DNA of 55,109 nt, filler included, from Sphacelaria rigidula (Eukaryota): the NCBI GenBank assembly GCA_964200075.2. It is 3 parts of 3 records of this genome, joined end to end, with 100 filler letters (N's around TTAATTAATTAA, not from the genome) between each part and the next. Parts side by side here need not be neighbours in the genome. Positions count along the whole stretch, not along the records: positions 36,809 to 55,109 come from CAXNAA020000882.1; 2 more parts are not named here. One strand, written 5' to 3'. Below, in pieces: positions 49,182 through 55,109 of this stretch. The stretch's first letter is position 1, and each line of letters begins with the position of its first letter. Made by a program: the position numbers and the translations under genes. The notes under the pieces are model-generated. The model ran no database searches. It saw only the letters and a list, made by a program, of their open reading frames with translations, and was not told the origin of the DNA.

Positions 49182-50861
49182 ATGGTCGACATGTTGTATC
49201 TCCACGTATCCGTCAACACCCACCGAAACAAGGGCGGTGCTGCAGTAACGACTGCGTACGAAAATCTCCACACGATCGTGGCGGACAGCAGCGAGAAACC
49301 CACGAAAGTCGCTCATCCCACAGGAGAAAAGGCGAAGCCCAGGACGAGCGCGGAACACCCGCTCACGTCGAACGTGGACATACTTCGCAACGTTTTGGCA
49401 GAATTCGTGGAGCATGATCAGTACTGGTTCTTCGCGTCGGTGTGCCGAGCCTGGAAAGACTCCTGGCCGCAACATCGCCCCAGAATCACTCGAGCCGTCA
49501 CGAAATACACTTCCGATTCTCAACTTCAAGACGCCTTCAATGGCGGCCTAAACCCCGCCATCACGATTTGCAACGCCGCGGCGCGCGTCGGGAACCTGAA
49601 GGCCCTCCAGTACGCTCGGGGGTTACAGCCGACGATAATGGCTCGGAACGTGGCACCGTACGGCGACGAGGACGCGGCGGCGGCGAACCTTTCGGGAGAG
49701 GGGGGGGAGTGTGGGCGTAAGCAACCAGCGTACGCTCGACAGCTGGCCAAGTCCGGCCGGCGAATGATGGGCATGGTCATGTCGACCGCGACCGCGAGAC
49801 TTTTATCGCTGTCGTCTCGGCCATCATCGCGTAGGCGGCAGTTCCAAAAGAAGCGCGTCTGTCCTTGGGACGCATCCACAACTGCAGAGGCTGCGAGGGG
49901 TGGGCACACCAGGATCGTGCAATGGTTGCGGATGCACGGATGCCCCTGGGACTGGCGGACGCCTGCGCTCGCCGCGAGGGGAGGGTACTTGAAAGTCCTG
50001 GAGTGGTGCAGGGCCAACGGCTGTCCCTGGAACGAGGAAACCTGCTCGGAAGCTGCGGCCGGAGACCATCTGTACGTGGTCCAGTGGGCTAGGGCTAACC
50101 GCTGCGCCTGGAATGCGGGCACATCGTTTGCGGCCGCACGCGGTGGTCACATCAACACGCTGCAGTGGTTGATCGCAAACGGGTGTCCATGGGATGCGCG
50201 CGCGTGCGGGGGCGCCGCGTGGGAAGGTCATGCACAAGTCGTCCGTTGGGCCTGGGAAAATGGCTGCGTTTGGGACTCTGGCACATGCTGTGGGGCTGCC
50301 TTTGCCGGGGATTTGCTCTTGCTCCAGTGGGCGCGGGAGAGGGATTGTCCATGGGATGAGGTACGTGTGTGTGTGCGTGTGTAGGTGTGTGGGGAGTGTG
50401 GACGTAGCGTGCCTGCCGTTGAGATATTATTTGTAACGAATCGTCGTCCTACTCGGTGTTGAACGGGCGTCACCTATTGCTCAAGAGGGACGCCATAAAA
50501 CAGCTCTCAACACATTCTTCCGTGCTTCCTGACCACGCCCACATGTATTGGTGATGCATTTGTTGCTGAAAGTCACCCAGAAGCGTTTGAACCCCCTCCC
50601 CCTCCCCACCTATGGCTCGTGGGTTGCACCCCCTCCTCTACGGTGTTGTGTTTTCTTTTGTGTTTTTTTTCGTCTTAGTGGACCTGCGCAGGTGCCGCCT
50701 TAGGTGGGCACCTCGAAATTCTGAAATGGGCACGTGAAAATGAATGCCCGTGGAACTGGACGACGCTCGGAGGGGCGTCCGAGAAGGGCCATACTCACGT
50801 TGTCGACTGGGCAAGGGAAAACGGCTGTCCCGAGCCGCTCGACGCCGAAGAGGCATCATGA
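49182..50861 (+). CDS. Ankyrin-like (CPW-repeat) protein with an F-box-like N-terminal motif; exons 49182-50360 and 50679-50861, ~453 aa
   Basis: About eight repeats of CPW[DN]..T...AA.GGHL.VLQW.R.NG; DILRNVLAEFV...FFASVCRAW; splice GAG|gtacgt...cttag|TGG continues WTCAGAALGGHLEILKWARENECPW to a TGA. Start codon uncertain. Confidence 0.88.
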
Positions 50862-53800
50862 CGCTTGGCCTTTCACGCGGAGGAGGTCAGGGAAAGGCGG
50901 GAGAGCGGCCTATCGTTTTGTAGGCCCTTCCGTGATCACATACCCTTTTTCGCCCACGCGCTTCACCGGAAGGGTGATCGAGCGTTGCACGATCTCGGAC
51001 GGTGGAGCGGCTATTTCGATTGCGTTCCTTCGCTTCGCCTGGCCATTTCTCGTTTGTTTTGTGTTTGTTTTTGCAGCTTCTCTCTATCGTGTTTTTGCAA
51101 GTCAGGGTGAGAAGGCGTGGATATTACTCTGCTTCTACTGTAGCAACATCGCCCCATGTCGCTATTACGGGTACGCCGCGCGCGTAGAGCGGTGGCTATC
51201 CACAACGTGCACATAAACGGAGAGGACCTCGCTCGCGCACGCGCGCGGGCGGGCAGGCGGGCGGGCGGAGGAATATGTGACGATTCGGGGTATCTCGGAA
51301 GCGGTGAACTTCAGCTTTTTTCCGAAATGTTCAGGTGAAGGACGTGAGCCCTCATGAACACCCGCGGCGACACACCTTGGAGTTGTACTATAATAGTTGC
51401 GGTGTGGAGCCGTGGGTTGTGTGCTCCGTGAATAGGTGGAGGGGGGTCACTTTTGATCGCAGCAAATCATGCGACCTTGATTGTAATTGTATGGAAAATA
51501 GAGTACATGTAAAATTGGTAGGGACACGAGACCGCGCGTTGGGTCGATCCAGTTTAATTCTTCACGCCACGGTGTTGTACGAAGAGCTTGTGAGAAGGTG
51601 TTTGGCATCTGTGCTGCGGTTTGACGAAAACCCTTTCGTCCCCAGCATGGACGTGGGCAGAGGGAGTGAGAGCTTCGGCAAGGCGGGAGCTGGGATACAG
51701 AGATGGCTTGGAGGCGTTTTGACAGGAGCAGGGTCGGGATGGGGAAGGGTAAGTGGGGTAGGTGATGTTATTTACTCTCTGGTTGGTGTGCGGTTTGGTG
51801 GGCGTTTCTCTTCGCCTGCAATACAATTTTAGTTTCGCTAGACTTGTCGGAGGAACGGGGTTGGAGGTATATAAGACAGCGCGGCCTTGCGGATTACGAA
51901 GGCGGTGCCGTGTAGGGGCATCCTCTGCGAGGGAGCTTGAGATGGACTTGGGATTTTTATCAACGTTACGTTGTCTTCCCCGCCTCCTCGGTTATCTCTG
52001 GAAGTGGCAGTACCAGAGAACGAAGCAACTCATTTGAGGCTGTCATCCGAATCAAGATAGTCAATACGCGTCGGGCCGAGCAATCTTCGTACGATGCAGT
52101 TTACCCTTGAATGCGACTCGCCGAACACACCACGGCGCTTCGCGCTTGGTGACTGGTAACGAGCCTGGTCCGGTGGAAACCCAACGTGCTTCGTCCCGAC
52201 TTTTTTGGGGATGCGAGGTCAGTAGTCATGCATGATCATGGGTCGCCCCCCCCCCCCCCCCCGAACAGGCAGCCGGGGATGAGATATGTAAATGGTTTTG
52301 TGTAATGTATGGAAGGAACGTCATGAGCACCCAAATGTTGGAGGCGCCTAAATCACGAGTAGGAACGGTGCTCTGTCTCGAAAGGGATGCATGGTCAATG
52401 GTCAAACGACTCAGGCAAGCAAATGAGTACAACCCCCTTCCCCCCCCCGGCCCCCGCCTCCCCCTGAAAGAAAGAGATGAATTGTTTCATCTGCCTGCAT
52501 AATACTACGGGCGTGTTTTTATTTGTTGACCTGGTGTCAGAGAGAGAGGGAGAGAAATTGCATTTGCATTTGGTGGTCGCATGGAGTACTTCTGCGGATC
52601 TTTTATGAGTTTCAGCTTTTGCTCCTCTGCAGGCAGCTAGTTTCCAGTGGGGCTTGGTACAAGAACGCTTTCATTTTTAGCCGTCTCTTGGTCGGATACG
52701 ATAGTGTGTAAACTTGGACAATCATTTTGTGTCGTTGTATTTATACTAGTTGAACGGTGAGGTGAGTAGCGAGGAGCAGGGGAATGCCAGTCATGGATGA
52801 TCAGGGGGGAATCATTAGCCGTAGTCGTTGGAGAACGTTTTCGTCTGGAGTCATGGTTACTCGTGACTCAGACAGCCGTTGTGTAGTAGGTGTAACGCCC
52901 AGGTATAGTTATGGGAAAGTAAGTCAGTAATGAAGCTAGTTGATTGTGGAGGCGTCAGTTGGCCATCAAGGGGCTGAAAAGCGTGTCGCGGCGAACGGAT
53001 GAATCCTGTTGTTTTTTTTCAACAATCAGCGCGACGTGGATGTTACGTTTCGGGACGTTATACCTCACGTTGTACTCGTGTGGGGGGTGAAGGTTCATGT
53101 TTCTATGCTCGACAAAATTTCTTGTGCGAAGTTCGTACGTAGGAAGGTGAATCGATCGTCCAGGTAAAACATCGGTTTGAGTAGTGGCAACAGTTGAAAT
53201 TTTGGAACTCTCTCTACATACATGTAGTCGTCCCGCGTAGATTGGTATTGCATTTATTCCGAAAGGCGGCGGGGGTGTTATATAAATATATATATATATT
53301 TATATATTGGTCGTCATGATGATAGATTACGCTATGAAAATCGGTAGAGGGGAGCACGAGAACGTTGTAGTTGGAATGTGATTACTGTCTACGCGCGCGT
53401 TACGCCCCCCTGTTGACACAGGAACGTCGCAAATTATTCATTGATCGTGGCATACCTTGGGACTCGAGCTGTTGTTGCGACGGATTTCCTTGCATTCGTT
53501 GTTGCGGTTCATCTGAGGTTCCCTGCACTGATGTATTCTTTCTTCAGTGAATCCACAGACACACAGACACACTCGAGGAAAAAAGGCTGTTGGTCACTCT
53601 AGTTTTTTTTTTTTTTCCGTTTATACTGTATGTAGCACGCTACGATCACTTTTTTTTTTCCGTGATGAAATAATCAGAATCACCCCCACCCACCCGTCAC
53701 CACGTGTCAAGTATGCATGCGGTGACCGTGTTTTGTTTTCGGCGTGTCAACCTTGTGATCATAGAGGGGTCGTGTTTACCGTTGTTGTCCTTAGACGCAG

Positions 53801-54469
53801 GCGATGCGACGATCAGCCTGTCCGTTGTCCTTGCTGAGCAAGGAAGTGTCGAACAACAGCAGGTACTGTCATTTTCCAATGTTTTTGTTCGAATGTTATG
53901 TTGCTAGTTTCTTTGTCCTCAGTGTTATAATAGTGGTACGCTCGTCGTTCCATCCTTGTTGTTTTCCTTGAAGTTCCATGGTGTGCATGCCAGTCCAGCA
54001 TTGTACACACTAGTGCCAACGAAGAAGCCTACGCCTGCCCGAAGTTTTTTTTCATCACATCTGCAGAAATTCGCTGTAGATGAATGACAAGATGGAGATG
54101 CTCAGTGGTGGTGTCCTATAGTACACCCGAACGCTCGAAGGACCTCATTTGCGTAGAAGAAGTTGTTGAGTATTTTGTTGAAAAGTCGTTCTGTTTGTTT
54201 TTGTACATTCTTGCGGTTGAAAAAAGTAAACAAGAATCCCCCTTGTTGTTTGTTATTTCATCATGGTGGGATATAGGAGAGAAGTGTGAGTTCATGCTTT
54301 TTTTGTCTGTACAGTTTTTTGGGGGGTAATGGCGAAAAAATAGCATACCATTGTTGTTGGTTTGAGTTCACCATGGCGAAATGGTGGAGAGGCGGGTAGT
54401 AGTTATTCGGGATGAGGTTTTACTGATAATACCGCTCGCCACGAGCTGGGCCAGCCTAGAGGCGGATTT

Positions 54470-54755
54470 GAAGTGTGCAGGCCCATGCTTAGCCCTATAT
54501 TTAGAGTTGGAGCGTAAAATTTGGTATGGACAGTGCGTGGGGCATGAAGAAAATTTACGTCAGAACAAAGAGTGTTTTTTGTTGTTTTTCATGAGTCAAT
54601 GGCATTTTTCTGATACCTAAAAACTGATCGTTGCCCCTAATTCATGAAAAAAAACTTTTCGTACCGAAGTAATTTTTTTTGCATGCCCTATGCATTATCC
54701 ATACCAAATTTTACGCTCCAACTCTAGATTTTTGGCTGAGCGTGGGTCTTTTGAG
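54470..54755. repeat. Foldback inverted repeat (probable MITE or transposon remnant)
   Basis: Perfect 29-bp arms at 54502-54530 and 54698-54726, with imperfect pairing extending inward and outward. Confidence 0.85.
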
Positions 54756-55109
54756 AAGCAGATCGGTAGAAATTCGGAACAGTATTTTGTGGGCCACTTA
54801 CCCGCCCACGTTTGGTTTTCGTGTAGTGAAATTTTGTGTGGGCGCTCTCTAAGGCATAATTAACAACACTTTTTGAGTCATGTTGTTTTCAATTATTTTC
54901 TTCACTAGTTTAGGGCGTTCTAGTATGGTGAAGATCATTTCTTCACAAGAACGCCCTGACCTCCATGACAAAAAACAACAACAAATGAAGGCCCCCCTAT
55001 TCTTTTAGTCGGCACACTTTTTTGGTCCTCCATACTAACTTTCCAAGGGTCGGACAACTAACGATTCGTCTGAAAATTACTTGGTTTTGGTATGATGAGT
55101 CGACTCGTG

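Noticed and set aside
49526..50237. Minus-strand ORFs opposite the ankyrin exon (likewise the + ORFs at 12178-12720 and 15368-15898)
   Set aside because: Antisense shadows of GC-rich coding exons.

Overview
Eukaryotic, intron-rich and repeat-rich draft genomic DNA. A brown alga or other stramenopile is inferred from gene structure and gene families; this is not proven. Two artificial 100-bp spacers (N44-TTAATTAATTAA-N44, at 18305 and 36709) split the window into three blocks whose adjacency is not guaranteed. Block 1 holds a >12-kb, many-exon minus-strand gene (coiled coil, 4 WD40 repeats, a Reeler-like domain, an Arg/Ser/Gly-rich tract) head-to-head with the first coding exon of a BART-domain (CFAP36-like) gene. 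Block 2 holds a 2-kb degenerate ~80-bp tandem array and a divergent fimbrin/plastin-like CH-domain gene. One fimbrin intron carries two decayed, frameshifted glutamate synthase exons bracketed by a short direct repeat. Block 3 is mostly non-autonomous elements (tRNA-derived SINEs, a cluster of TTAA/piggyBac-type MITEs, other MITEs and foldbacks) plus a two-exon F-box-like/ankyrin (CPW-repeat) gene. All exon models and family calls were read by eye without database searches. I see no unambiguous new biological system; the best candidates are listed under findings.
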